Source: an uncultured delta proteobacterium (GTDB taxonomy: Bacteria > Myxococcota_A > Polyangia > Polyangiales > Polyangiaceae). Taken from it: a DNA stretch of 64,000 nt. Both the position numbers and the translations under genes were made by a program. A model generated the notes under the pieces. That model was given only the letters and a program-made list of their open reading frames with translations. It was not told the origin of the DNA and ran no database searches. The stretch covers positions 160,001 through 224,000 of the forward strand of contig CAWKKR010000011.1 of assembly GCA_963850305.1 (NCBI GenBank), read 5' to 3'. Shown in pieces: positions 50,509-61,457 of this stretch. Numbering within the stretch: the first letter of the stretch is position 1; each line of letters opens with the position of its first letter.

Positions 50509-51552
50509 ACGCCTCGAAGACGTCACGAGTCGCGCTGTCACTATTCTTCGCCGCCCTTCCCGCCGTAGCCCAGCCCACACCTCCGGCGCAGTCGTCCCCG
50601 CACGCGGCAAAGCCCGCCCACGCTCCAGGCGCCGCTCCCGCTGCTCCCGCTCCCGCTGCTCCTGCTCCCGCTCCCGCTGCTCCCGCTCCCGCTGCTCCCG
50701 CTCCCGCTCCCGCTGCTCCCGCTCCCGCTGCTCCCGCTGCTCCCGCTCCCGCTCCTGCTCCCGCTCCCGCTGCTCCCGCTGCTCCCGCTGCTCCCGCTCC
50801 CGCTGCTCCCGCTCCCGCTGCTCCCGCTCCCGCTGCTCCCGCTCCTGCGCCTTCCCCGCACGTCACCTCGCTCCCCACCGTGCCGGTCGAAGCCGCGCCG
50901 CCCCCGGACGCCGACGCTCAGCAGTCCGATATCCCGGAGAGCCGCTTCAACCTCGGCTTCAATCTCGACACGACCTTCTACAAGGACAAAAGCTTCAATC
51001 TGTTCTCGTCGAGCGACGCCGGCCAGACCGGCGGCATTTTCGTCGGGTACGCCGTCGTTTCGGGCGTCGTTTCCGTGGTGCCCGAGATCGGGTTCACGAG
51101 CGGCTCTGATTCCTCGTCGGGTCTTTTCGGCGGAGCGCTCACGAGCACCGAACTCGACACGATGACGTACTACGGAGGGGTCGGACTCAGGTGGGCCGCG
51201 CTCCCGTATCTCGAGCCCGAAGCGCGCATCGCCGCGGGCGCGGCGTCCCTCAAGATGAGCTTCAAGCCGAGCTCGGGACCGTCGGAGCTCGACGAGAATC
51301 GGGTGACGCCGTTCGGCACGCTCGGCGCGGGGCTCACGCTCCACACACCGCCCGGCTGGAATCCGACAGCGTGAACTGCGGAGCGTCCAGATCGGACTCA
51401 CGATAGAAGGCGGTTACGTCGTCGCGAGCAGCGTGACCCTCGATCCGAAGCCTGCGCACGACACCAGTCGCATCCCAACCGAGGACGCGACACTCGGCAC
51501 GCTCGAACGCTCGGCTCCGTATTTGCGCACCGCCCTCGTATTTCGCTTCTAG
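50505..51552 (+). CDS. Outer-membrane beta-barrel protein with Pro/Ala linker (apparent +1 frameshift near 51360)
   Basis: GTGA overlap; signal peptide AVA; after the shift ...GLTIEGGYVV...LGTLERSAPYLRTALVFRF* with a terminal Phe beta-signal. Confidence 0.72.
50630..50850 (+). repeat. GCTCCC/GCTGCTCCC micro-repeat encoding a PAAPAP linker
   Basis: About 220 bp of mixed 6- and 9-bp units. Confidence 0.9.
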
Positions 51553-51697
51553 GCCCGATGGGGCAGGCGCCGCCTGTCGTGCGGCGAGGCCAGCTTGTCG
51601 TTCGCAATGCGATCGGTATGCTGGCACGTGAATGCCGCACCTCGGGATCCGCGCACTCCGGAAGGTCGAACGAAGCTTCCGCCGAGCCGACCTGGCC

Positions 51698-52000
51698 ATG
51701 GCGCTCGGCGCTTCATTGTGCGCAGGCCTGAGCTGCTCGAGGCGCGCGCCCGGCCCGGACGAGTGTCACGACGCGGCCGTGCGGATGCTCCTCTCGGAAC
51801 AAGCGCGTGCGTGGGGCGGCTTGCCGGTCTCGGAGGCCAATCTGCCGGAAGACGAAGTCCTGGCTCGCACCACGGAATGCATCACGACGCCGTACGATCG
51901 AAAACTGGTCCGTTGCCTGACGGCAGGCGTGCGAGAAGGCTCGTGTGTGCGCGCCTTCGAGGAAAGGCGAGGCGCGCCACTGCCAGGCTGGCAGCCGTGA
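51698..52000 (+). CDS. Small Cys-containing putative lipoprotein
   Basis: GLSC lipobox-like motif followed by four further Cys. Confidence 0.55.
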   Translation: MALGASLCAGLSCSRRAPGPDECHDAAVRMLLSEQARAWGGLPVSEANLPEDEVLARTTECITTPYDRKLVRCLTAGVREGSCVRAFEERRGAPLPGWQP

Positions 52001-52063
52001 CCGGTCGACGGAGCTGCCGTCCGGGGCGACAGGTGGCGCGATTCGTGCGAGAGATCTGAACCG

Positions 52064-53845
52064 ATGCCGGGACCGAGACTGCTCGCCGGGCGTTACGCCT
52101 ACACGACCCGCATCCGCGGAACGGAGCGGACGATCATCTGGCTCGCTCACGACCGACTCACCGGCGGATCCGTCATCGCGAGCGTGCTGCCGGGACCGAG
52201 GGCCGCCGCGCTCGAAGCCGCAGTTGACGTCGAACACCCGCACGCGGCGACCGTCATCGCCGTCATCGACTCCGTGACGCCCGAGGAGATGCCGGACGTC
52301 GGGCCAATGGAGCCGGATGCGCGCGTCGTGGTCGCCGAGTGGTTCGACGGTGCGAGCTTGCAGCAGCGCCTGGACGCGAGTCCTGCGGCTCCGGAGCAGG
52401 CCGTGGAATGGATCGCCGATGTTCTGGACGCGCTCGCCGTGCTTCACGAGAGGGCGGCCGTGCACGGCGCGATCTCACCGCGTTCCATCGTCGTCGCCCG
52501 GGCGGACCGCGGCACGGTGCCCGTGCTCGCGCATCTCGTCGTGCCGCCGAGCGGCGTGTATTGCTCGCCCGAACGCGTCACCGGCGGCGGTCCTTCGGAG
52601 AGCGATGACGTCTGGGCCGTCGCCGCCACACTTTACACCGCGCTCTCGCGGCGACCGCCCTTTCGGGGCGCGACGCGCACCGAGCTCGCGCGCGCGATCG
52701 TCGCGGGAGCGCCAAAACCCATCGCGCACCTGGATTCCGAGCTGTGGGGCGTGCTCGAGCGGGCGCTCTCGTCCGACCGAAGGAGCCGCTTGCGCAGCGC
52801 CGCGGAGTTTCGAGACCTCCTGCGCAGCTGGCTCGACCGCTCCGGCGTGCCGAGCCTCGGTGACTTCGCGCCGGTGGAAGCGATCCCAGGCCAGAACGAA
52901 CCGCTGCCGAACGTCGGCGATTTGTCACTCGTGGCGGCCCTGGCGCGTCCAGACAGCGCGGAAGCGACGGCGCTCCTCAGCGTTCACCCAGCCTTCAGCC
53001 AGTCGTACCGCCCGCAACGGTCGGAGCCGCCGGTGGCCCCCTCGCCGGAATCTTCGCCCATCAGCGGGCCCTCCGCGCCGTCGTCACCGCCGCGGCCAGT
53101 CGTTACGGACCAAGCTGGTCCGCGTTCTTCGAAACGCCCGCCGCAACGACGGCGGTCGCGTGTGACCTCCGGTGCCTTGCTCGGCTTCGCGGCAGCCGCC
53201 GCGGCGGTCGCCGGACTCCTCATCGGACGATGGCACGCGAGCTCCGGACGCGGTGCTGAACCGTCGCGACCAGCGCCTGCCGCAGCGGCGAGCCTGACAC
53301 CGCCGACGGACGCCCAGGGTGTTCTTCCCCCGGGAGGGACTTCGAGCACGACCGTGCCTGGCGCCGTTCCCAGCGTGGCGGGGAGCACCGGCAAGGAACT
53401 CAACGCCTGCGTCGACGAAACCTTCGAGATGTTCAGACCAACCGCCAACCTCGGTTTTCTGTGCAAGGAGACGGACCTGTGGGGGTCGACACGCCGAATG
53501 GATCTCGAGGTCGGAAAACACGCTGAGGGAGAAGGCCTGGTCACCTGGGCGCACCTGGGTCGGTTCGATCTGGCCGCGACGGCCATTCTTCGCGAGCGTT
53601 GTTGCCCCGACGCGCCGGACTTCACCGCGGCCACGCCGAAGGGCGTCTGCGAGACCCTATCCCCTTCCTTGCACGAGCTCGCCAGGCACCCGTCGGCAGA
53701 AACGACGGACGCCTACGCCGCAAGTGTCGATTGCCTGCTCGGGCGCAAGGTCCGTTACCCGGCGGAATGGTGGGACCGCGTCGGCGCAAAGGCGTCAAGG
53801 ACGTACTTCGATACGTTCCTTTCGCGCGCCGTCCGCGCGAAGTGA
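52064..53845 (+). CDS. Ser/Thr pseudokinase with TM and Cys-rich extracytoplasmic domain
   Basis: Kinase fold recognisable (VVAEWFDG.SL, YCSPE, DVWA, PPF), but HRD is HGA, there is no VAIK Lys, no DFG and no Gly loop. Confidence 0.8.
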   Translation: MPGPRLLAGRYAYTTRIRGTERTIIWLAHDRLTGGSVIASVLPGPRAAALEAAVDVEHPHAATVIAVIDSVTPEEMPDVGPMEPDARVVVAEWFDGASLQQRLDASPAAPEQAVEWIADVLDALAVLHERAAVHGAISPRSIVVARADRGTVPVLAHLVVPPSGVYCSPERVTGGGPSESDDVWAVAATLYTALSRRPPFRGATRTELARAIVAGAPKPIAHLDSELWGVLERALSSDRRSRLRSAAEFRDLLRSWLDRSGVPSLGDFAPVEAIPGQNEPLPNVGDLSLVAALARPDSAEATALLSVHPAFSQSYRPQRSEPPVAPSPESSPISGPSAPSSPPRPVVTDQAGPRSSKRPPQRRRSRVTSGALLGFAAAAAAVAGLLIGRWHASSGRGAEPSRPAPAAAASLTPPTDAQGVLPPGGTSSTTVPGAVPSVAGSTGKELNACVDETFEMFRPTANLGFLCKETDLWGSTRRMDLEVGKHAEGEGLVTWAHLGRFDLAATAILRERCCPDAPDFTAATPKGVCETLSPSLHELARHPSAETTDAYAASVDCLLGRKVRYPAEWWDRVGAKASRTYFDTFLSRAVRAK

Positions 53846-53858
53846 CGGCGGCAGCCCG

Positions 53859-54368
53859 TCAGTGCTTGCGCTGCGGTCCGGAGCCGTGGTCGGCGACTCT
53901 CGCCGTGACGGAGACGCGGTCACCGCTGACGTCGAGCGAGAGCGCCGATTCCATCGCGATCCGGGCGAGGCCAAGCATCGTCGTTCCCTCGGGCAGGCGC
54001 TGGAGTCTGTTGAGCGCCCGGGCGAACGCTTCGCGCGCGGAGTCCGTGTGCGTCCGTTGAAATTCGCGCTCCAGGATCGCGACGCGCGAAGGATGCGCCC
54101 TGTTCGTGACGCGAATCTCCATGAAAACGGGGGCATCGCTCGTGTGGATCTCGAATTCGATCTCCGTCGTCGGGTCTCCGTACTTGACGGCATTCTCGAG
54201 CAATTCCTGAACGATCATTCCGGCCCGGTCGGCGGCGCCATTCCTCATCTTCCCGCGCACCCAAACGTCGACGTACTGGCGCAGTGGATCGATGTGAGCC
54301 CACACTGGAGGAAACCGGACGAAGAGCATCAGGGCTTCAGCCCTTCGCTCCGGAGTTGGCGCCATCAT
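53859..54368 (-). CDS. Anti-sigma-kinase-like HATPase (SiaB/slr1658-like)
   Basis: QELLENAVKYG N-box; MLGLARI G2-like box; ATG overlaps the upstream TGA. Confidence 0.75.
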   Translation of the reverse strand: MMAPTPERRAEALMLFVRFPPVWAHIDPLRQYVDVWVRGKMRNGAADRAGMIVQELLENAVKYGDPTTEIEFEIHTSDAPVFMEIRVTNRAHPSRVAILEREFQRTHTDSAREAFARALNRLQRLPEGTTMLGLARIAMESALSLDVSGDRVSVTARVADHGSGPQRKH

Positions 54369-54746
54369 GCTCCCGTGCGCACGACGACGTGCTCCCCGCC
54401 GAGACTTTGAATCGCCGAGAGCGTGGTCGACTGCCACGTGATCTCCGGCTTCGTCAAAAAGTGAAGGACGTAGCGCTTATTCTCGGGCTCGGTTCGGATC
54501 CACTCCACCCAGTCGACCAGCGCGCGAATCGACGAGGAGTTCATGAACCGGAGCTTCGTCGAAATCGACGGTCAGCGCCTTGAGACCGGTCCCGATGACC
54601 GCGAGATGAATTTGCTTCAGGAACGGAGTCACCGTCTCCGAAGGACTGCGCATGGAGATGACGCCCACGAACCGCACCACGTTGTCGAAGACCGTGACTT
54701 CGACGCCATCCAGGACGAGGGGAGCTATCTGGGAGAGCTTGTTCAT
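54365..54746 (-). CDS. STAS-like anti-anti-sigma protein (slr1659-like; apparent +1 frameshift near 54560)
   Basis: After repair: ALTVDFTKLRFMNSSSIRALVDWVEWI...ITWQSTTLSAI...GA*, with the stop overlapping the next ATG. Confidence 0.72.
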
Positions 54747-55252
54747 GGCGTTCCTCGTGCCGTGATGGCGACCCGTCCCGGGGAGGTTTCGAGCGTGAGT
54801 TCGACCGCGCCCTCGTAGCGTACGCGCGCGAGGCCGAGACCGCTCTGGTCGGCGGGGAGCGAGCCCGCGACACGCAGGGCGCGTTCGTAGGCCGCGCCGG
54901 GAGCCAGGCTGGTGAGCTCGGCGAGAACATGCCGAAGCTTCTCCGCGCGCTCGCTGGAAGTCGTGTTGACGACGCAGACGACGAACGAATCGTCCTTTCT
55001 CTCGATCCGAAGCTCGAGTTCCTTGTCGTCACCGTAGCGAACGGCATTCTCGACGAGCTCGTGCACGATCACGGCGACGCGTTGCCCGAGTCGGTCGTCC
55101 TCGAAGCTTGCGCGCGCGAAGAACCCGCAGAACTCCCGTACCGTATCCAGGTAAAGCCAGATCGGCTTGAACCGAAGCTGCACCAATCGATGCAAAGCTT
55201 CACCCGACGTCCCGCTCGCAGTTCCCAGCATCGAACGACTTGCCCCTGACAT
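54743..55252 (-). CDS. Anti-sigma-kinase-like HATPase (SiaB/slr1658-like)
   Basis: HELVENAVRYG; SGLGLARVRYEG. Confidence 0.78.
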   Translation of the reverse strand: MSGASRSMLGTASGTSGEALHRLVQLRFKPIWLYLDTVREFCGFFARASFEDDRLGQRVAVIVHELVENAVRYGDDKELELRIERKDDSFVVCVVNTTSSERAEKLRHVLAELTSLAPGAAYERALRVAGSLPADQSGLGLARVRYEGAVELTLETSPGRVAITARGTP

Positions 55253-55635
55253 GTTTACTCTAGCCCTTTTTTCTCCAAGGACCTCTCGCTTCCGCGCCTT
55301 CGGTCGCGCGCGCCCGGGTGCTCAGCTGCTCGCTCACATGGTGCGCGGCCGGCGCCCTCGAGAGCACGTCCAGCCTCGAAACGATCCTTCGAACTCCAAC
55401 GAGTTGCACGCGCGGCCCCGAAACACCGAAAGCAGTACCGCACAGGGAACTCGGTCGTCCGAGTGAGCAGTGGAACAGACACTCGTTCGGCACGGGGCGC
55501 GGCGAAGAGCGCAGGGCCGGCCGCAGGCGCAGGCGCGATTGACGGGATTGAGGATCGAGACCGAACGGCGAAAAAAAGAGCTCTCGAAAAAATGGCAAAG
55601 GGAGTACCCTTCGAATCTTTCCGAGAGACTGGGGG

Positions 55636-57933
55636 ATGAGAACGGCTCGATGCTCCATCGATGTACACGGCCTCGTTCAAGGGGTCGGCTTCAGACCCTT
55701 CGTGCACGGCCTGGCGCGACGGTTCGCGCTCGGCGGCTTCGTCCGCAACGCGGCGTCGGGCGTGCATATCGAGGTGGAAGGCGAACCGTCAGCCATCGCG
55801 CATTTTCTGGACGAACTGCGCGACTCGCCTCCTACGGCGGCGAACGTCGCGCGTGTCGAGAGCCACGCCGAAACCCCCCGCGGCGAGCTCGATTTCCGGA
55901 TCGTTGCGAGCACGCTCCGGCAGCCCGCAGCGGCGCACGTCGCCGCCGACCGCGCCACGTGCGCGGAGTGCCAGCGCGAGCTTTTCGACGCGGAAAACCG
56001 CCGATTCTTGCACCCGTTCATCACGTGCACCACGTGCGGCCCGCGGGCGACCATCATCGAGCAAATGCCCTATGACCGGCCGCGCACGACGATGGCCGGC
56101 TTCGCGATGTGCGACGGCTGCCGGCAAGAATACGAGTCCGTCGCGGACAGACGGTTCCACGCGCAACCCATCGCGTGCCCGCAGTGCGGACCCGAGCTCC
56201 GGATCGTCGGCGTTCGCGCGGAGCCGAACGCGCTTCCCGTCGCCGTCTTCGCGCGGGAGATCTCGGCGGGCCGGATCGGGGCGTTGAAGGGCATCGGCGG
56301 CTTTCATCTGGTCTGCGACGCGGCGAACGACGGCGCCGTCGCCGAACTCCGCCGGCGCAAGCGGCGTGAAGCGAAGCCATTCGCCGTAATGGTCCGCGAC
56401 CTCGACGCGGCCAGGCGCCTTGCCCACATCGGCATGTGCGCCGAACGTTTGCTCTCGTCCGCGGCGAGTCCCATCGTGCTCGTCGAGCGCCGTGAAGACG
56501 CCGTGCTCTCGCGTGAAGTCGCGCCGGGGGTCGACACGGTGGGGCTCTCGTTGCCTTACACGCCGGTGCACCTGCTCCTGTTCCGCGAGCTCGGCGAGCG
56601 CCCGCTCGTCGTCACCAGCGGCAACCGTTCCGACGAACCCATCGCGCACGATGACGCAGAAGCTACGGAGATGCTCGCTGACGTCGCGGACGTATTTCTG
56701 ACTCACGATCGCGACATCCACTGGCCCTGCGACGACTCGGTCGTCCGCGTCGTCGCAGAGAAAGCGCTGCCGATCCGTCGCGCGCGCGGCTACGCGCCGC
56801 TCCCCGTGGGGCTGAGGTTCGAAGTGGCCCAACCGACGCTCGCGCTCGGTGGCCACCAGAAAGCCGTGTTCGCGCTGGGCATCGGAGCCCTCGCATTCCT
56901 CGGCACACATCATGGAGACCTCGACGGAATGCGCGCCTTCACGAGCTGGGCCACGGGGGCGGCGCACCTCGAACGTCTGCTAGGCTCACAGGCCCGACGA
57001 CTCGTTCACGATTTGCATCCCGACTATGCGTCCACGCGTCATGCGCTCGAACGCGCGGCGCCCGGCATCGAGCTCGTCGGGGTGCAGCATCATCACGCCC
57101 ATCTCGCGAGCTGCATGGTGGACAACGAGCTCGATGGCGACGTCATCGGCGTCTGCTTCGACGGCACCGGTCTCGGCACGGACGGCAAGCTCTGGGGCGG
57201 CGAATTCCTCGTCGGCGGTTACCGCGGGTTCGTTCGCGCCGGCCATCTATCCGAGGTCAGGCTCCCCGGAGGCGACCGAGCGGCGCGCGAACCGTTTCGC
57301 GTCGCGCTCTCGCACCTCCGCAATGCAGGACTCGGCGCGGGGGACGTCGGGCTCGATCGCCGGATCGAACGGGGTCTCCTCGCCTCTGTCGATCGTCTGC
57401 TCTCGTCGTCCGCGTGCCCCCCAACCACCAGCATGGGTCGCCTGTTCGACGCGATCGCGTCCATTGCAGGTGTCGTCGATCGCGCGCATCACGACGCCGA
57501 AGCCGGGATGCGACTCGAAGCGCTCGCGGCCCGCTCCGCCGATCGCAAGACGTACTCGGCGAACGTCGACGACCGCGACGCGCTGATCGTTCGGACGGCG
57601 GACATCGTGCATTCGGCGGCGAAGGACGTCGGAGACGGCGCATCGGCGGAAACCATTGCGCGACGTTTCCACACGGCCGTCGTCGACCTGGTCGAGGACG
57701 TATGCACTCGACTCCGTGCGCGGTTCGAGCTCGACCGCGTCGTTCTCTCCGGCGGCGTGTTCGCGAACGCCGTCCTGGTCCGGGAGATCCCCGAGCGGCT
57801 CGGAGCGCGCGGATTTGCGGTGTTCACGCACCATCGAGTGCCGCCGAACGACGGCGGCCTCTGTCTCGGTCAACTCGCGATCGCGGCGCACACGCCGACG
57901 CGAACAACGGCGTCGATCGCGAGGCTCAACTAA
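55636..57933 (+). CDS. hypF: Carbamoyltransferase HypF
   Basis: GLVQGVGFRPF, two Zn fingers, KGIGGFHL, DLHPDY, QHHHAH, DGTG, PPNDGG. Confidence 0.96.
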   Translation: MRTARCSIDVHGLVQGVGFRPFVHGLARRFALGGFVRNAASGVHIEVEGEPSAIAHFLDELRDSPPTAANVARVESHAETPRGELDFRIVASTLRQPAAAHVAADRATCAECQRELFDAENRRFLHPFITCTTCGPRATIIEQMPYDRPRTTMAGFAMCDGCRQEYESVADRRFHAQPIACPQCGPELRIVGVRAEPNALPVAVFAREISAGRIGALKGIGGFHLVCDAANDGAVAELRRRKRREAKPFAVMVRDLDAARRLAHIGMCAERLLSSAASPIVLVERREDAVLSREVAPGVDTVGLSLPYTPVHLLLFRELGERPLVVTSGNRSDEPIAHDDAEATEMLADVADVFLTHDRDIHWPCDDSVVRVVAEKALPIRRARGYAPLPVGLRFEVAQPTLALGGHQKAVFALGIGALAFLGTHHGDLDGMRAFTSWATGAAHLERLLGSQARRLVHDLHPDYASTRHALERAAPGIELVGVQHHHAHLASCMVDNELDGDVIGVCFDGTGLGTDGKLWGGEFLVGGYRGFVRAGHLSEVRLPGGDRAAREPFRVALSHLRNAGLGAGDVGLDRRIERGLLASVDRLLSSSACPPTTSMGRLFDAIASIAGVVDRAHHDAEAGMRLEALAARSADRKTYSANVDDRDALIVRTADIVHSAAKDVGDGASAETIARRFHTAVVDLVEDVCTRLRARFELDRVVLSGGVFANAVLVREIPERLGARGFAVFTHHRVPPNDGGLCLGQLAIAAHTPTRTTASIARLN

Positions 57934-58178
57934 TGTGCTTGGCAGTCCCGGGGCGAGTGACGGAAATATTCGCGGACGGGGACGTTCACATGGGCAAAGT
58001 CGATTTCGAAGGCGTGTCTCGGAGAATATGCCTCGAATACGTGCCGGAAGCGTCGCCCGGCGACTACGTGCTCGTGCACGTCGGCTTCGCGCTGTCGATC
58101 ATCGACGAGGAGGAGGCAATGCGCGTCTTCGACCTCATCCGTGAACTCGAGCCGGATGCCCTGGAGGCTCCCGAATGA
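57933..58178 (+). CDS. hypC: Hydrogenase maturation chaperone HypC
   Basis: MCLAVPG...[11 protein letters not shown]. Confidence 0.96.
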   Translation: MCLAVPGRVTEIFADGDVHMGKVDFEGVSRRICLEYVPEASPGDYVLVHVGFALSIIDEEEAMRVFDLIRELEPDALEAPE

Positions 58179-59305
58179 AGTACCTGGACGAATACCGAGA
58201 CGCGGAAGCGGCCCGCGGCCTCTTGCGAGCGATCGAACGTGAAGCGACGCGCCCATGGGTGATCATGGAAGTGTGCGGGGGGCAGACGCACAGCATCGTG
58301 CGGCATGGCCTTGACGAGCTCTTGCCGGGACGAATCGAGCTCGTTCACGGGCCAGGGTGCCCCGTGTGCGTGACGTCACTCGATCGCATCGATCGCGCGC
58401 ACGCGATCGCCGCGCGCCCGAACGTCATCTTCTGCTCGTTCGGTGACATGCTGCGCGTACCGGGTTCGGATGGCGACCTGTTCCGGCTCAAGTCCAGGGG
58501 CGCGGACATTCGTGTGGTCTATTCACCGCTCGATGCCCTCAAGATTGCGGCCGAGAACCCGACGCGTGAGGTCGTCTTCTTCGCGATCGGGTTCGAAACG
58601 ACCGCGCCCGCGAACGCCATGGCCGTCTCACTCGCGCGCCGCCGCGGCATCCGCAACTTCAGCATGCTCGTCTCGCATGTCCTGGTGCCTCCCGCGATCT
58701 CCGCCATCCTGACGGCCGAGGACAATCGGGTTCAGGGCTTCCTGGGTCCTGGACACGTCTGCGTCGTCATGGGGACGTCGGAGTACGAGCCGCTGGCGGC
58801 GCGCTTCTCCGTGCCCATCGTCGTTACGGGTTTCGAGCCGGTGGACATGCTCGCAGGGATCCTGCGCGTCGTTCGCGCGCTCGAACACGGCGAGGCCGTG
58901 GTCGAGAATCAGTACGCGCGCTCGGTGCGCGAGCAGGGGAATCCCAGGGCACGCGAGATCCTCGGGGAGGTATTCGACGTGTGCGACCAGAACTGGCGCG
59001 GCGTCGGCACCATCGCCGCGAGCGGCTACCGGCTGCGGCGCGAATACGCCGCGTTCGACGCGGAGCGACGCTTCGACGTCGACCACGTCGCACCCAAGGA
59101 GCCCGAGGAGTGTATCAGCGGGGAGATCCTCCGCGGCGTGAAGAAGCCGCTCGATTGTCCCGCGTTCGGCATCCGTTGCACGCCGGACCGCCCGCTCGGC
59201 GCGACGATGGTGTCGTCCGAAGGCGCGTGCGCCGCCTACCACGCTTACGGGCGCACGACGGCGAAGCGACGGCTACCGCTCGCGGAGGGGGCACGGCTCG
59301 AATGA
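58175..59305 (+). CDS. hypD: Hydrogenase maturation protein HypD
   Basis: [34 protein letters not shown]. Confidence 0.97.
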   Translation: MKYLDEYRDAEAARGLLRAIEREATRPWVIMEVCGGQTHSIVRHGLDELLPGRIELVHGPGCPVCVTSLDRIDRAHAIAARPNVIFCSFGDMLRVPGSDGDLFRLKSRGADIRVVYSPLDALKIAAENPTREVVFFAIGFETTAPANAMAVSLARRRGIRNFSMLVSHVLVPPAISAILTAEDNRVQGFLGPGHVCVVMGTSEYEPLAARFSVPIVVTGFEPVDMLAGILRVVRALEHGEAVVENQYARSVREQGNPRAREILGEVFDVCDQNWRGVGTIAASGYRLRREYAAFDAERRFDVDHVAPKEPEECISGEILRGVKKPLDCPAFGIRCTPDRPLGATMVSSEGACAAYHAYGRTTAKRRLPLAEGARLE

Positions 59306-60390
59306 CGGAGAGCGTCCCGTTCACGTCCCCGAGCGAGTTCGGTGCGGCCCTGACGTCCTTGTCCTGTGCCACGCCGCCCGCCTACGAAGGGATCGTCCTC
59401 GGTCACGGGAGCGGCGGACGGCTGAGCCATCAGCTCCTGACGCGGGTCATCTTGCCCGCGCTCGGGAAGGACGAACGCTTCGCGACGGAGGACCAGGCCG
59501 TGGTGCCGATGCCCGCGTCGGGGCGGCTCGCGATGACGACCGACGCATTCGTCGTGCGCCCGCTCTTCTTTCCGGGCGGCAACATCGGGAGCCTCGCGGT
59601 GCACGGCACGGTGAACGACCTCGCCGTCGGCGGTGCGCGCCCGCTGTACATGACCGCGTCCTTCATTCTGGAAGAAGGGCTCGAGCTCGAGCTCCTGCGG
59701 AGAATTTTGCACTCGATGCGGCGCGCGTGCGAGGCAGCGCCCATCGCGCTGATCACCGGGGACACCAAGGTCGTCGATCGCGGAAAGGGCGACGGGATTT
59801 TCGTGACGACGACGGGTGTCGGGGTCGTCCCGGACGGAATATCGCTCTCGGCGACGGCAGCGCGACCCGGTGATTCCGTGCTCGTGTCCGGCACGCTCGG
59901 CGACCACGGGATCGCCATTCTGGCCGCGCGGGACGGCATCGAACTCGAGACGACTCTGGAGAGTGACAGTGCGCCCCTCGCCGACCTCGTCCAGGCGATC
60001 CTCGCGACAGGAGCGGCGGTTCGCTGCATGCGCGACCCCACGCGGGGTGGCCTGTCGAGCGCACTGAACGAGATTGCCGCAGCGTCGAACGTCGGCATCA
60101 CACTCGACGAAGGCCGGATCCCTCTTCGGTCCGAGGTCTGCGGTGCGTGCGAGCTTCTCGGACTCGATCCTCTCTACGTCGCGAACGAGGGCAAGCTCGT
60201 CGCCATCGTCGCTCCGGAGTCCGCGCACGCCGTTCTCGACGCGATGCGCCGCCACCCGCACGGCCGCGACGCGGCGATCATCGGACGCGTCGTCGCGGAT
60301 CACCCGCAGATGGTCACCATGAAATCACGACTCGGGGGCGAGCGCATCGTCGCGATGCTCGCCGGCGAGCAACTTCCGCGCATCTGCTGA
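59302..60390 (+). CDS. hypE: Hydrogenase maturation protein HypE
   Basis: [31 protein letters not shown]-terminal LPRIC. Confidence 0.97.
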   Translation: MTESVPFTSPSEFGAALTSLSCATPPAYEGIVLGHGSGGRLSHQLLTRVILPALGKDERFATEDQAVVPMPASGRLAMTTDAFVVRPLFFPGGNIGSLAVHGTVNDLAVGGARPLYMTASFILEEGLELELLRRILHSMRRACEAAPIALITGDTKVVDRGKGDGIFVTTTGVGVVPDGISLSATAARPGDSVLVSGTLGDHGIAILAARDGIELETTLESDSAPLADLVQAILATGAAVRCMRDPTRGGLSSALNEIAAASNVGITLDEGRIPLRSEVCGACELLGLDPLYVANEGKLVAIVAPESAHAVLDAMRRHPHGRDAAIIGRVVADHPQMVTMKSRLGGERIVAMLAGEQLPRIC

Positions 60391-60401
60391 AAGGCGAGCA
60401 C

Positions 60402-61453
<1,052 letters not shown>

Positions 61454-61457
<4 letters not shown>

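Noticed and set aside
46977..51374. Single 1465-aa giant protein
   Set aside because: It has internal signal peptides/lipoboxes and non-coding-like junction stretches; three separate genes emerge after single-base corrections.
55592..55608. Sigma-54 promoter for hypF (TGGCAAAG...)
   Set aside because: The -12 TGC element is absent at the required spacing.
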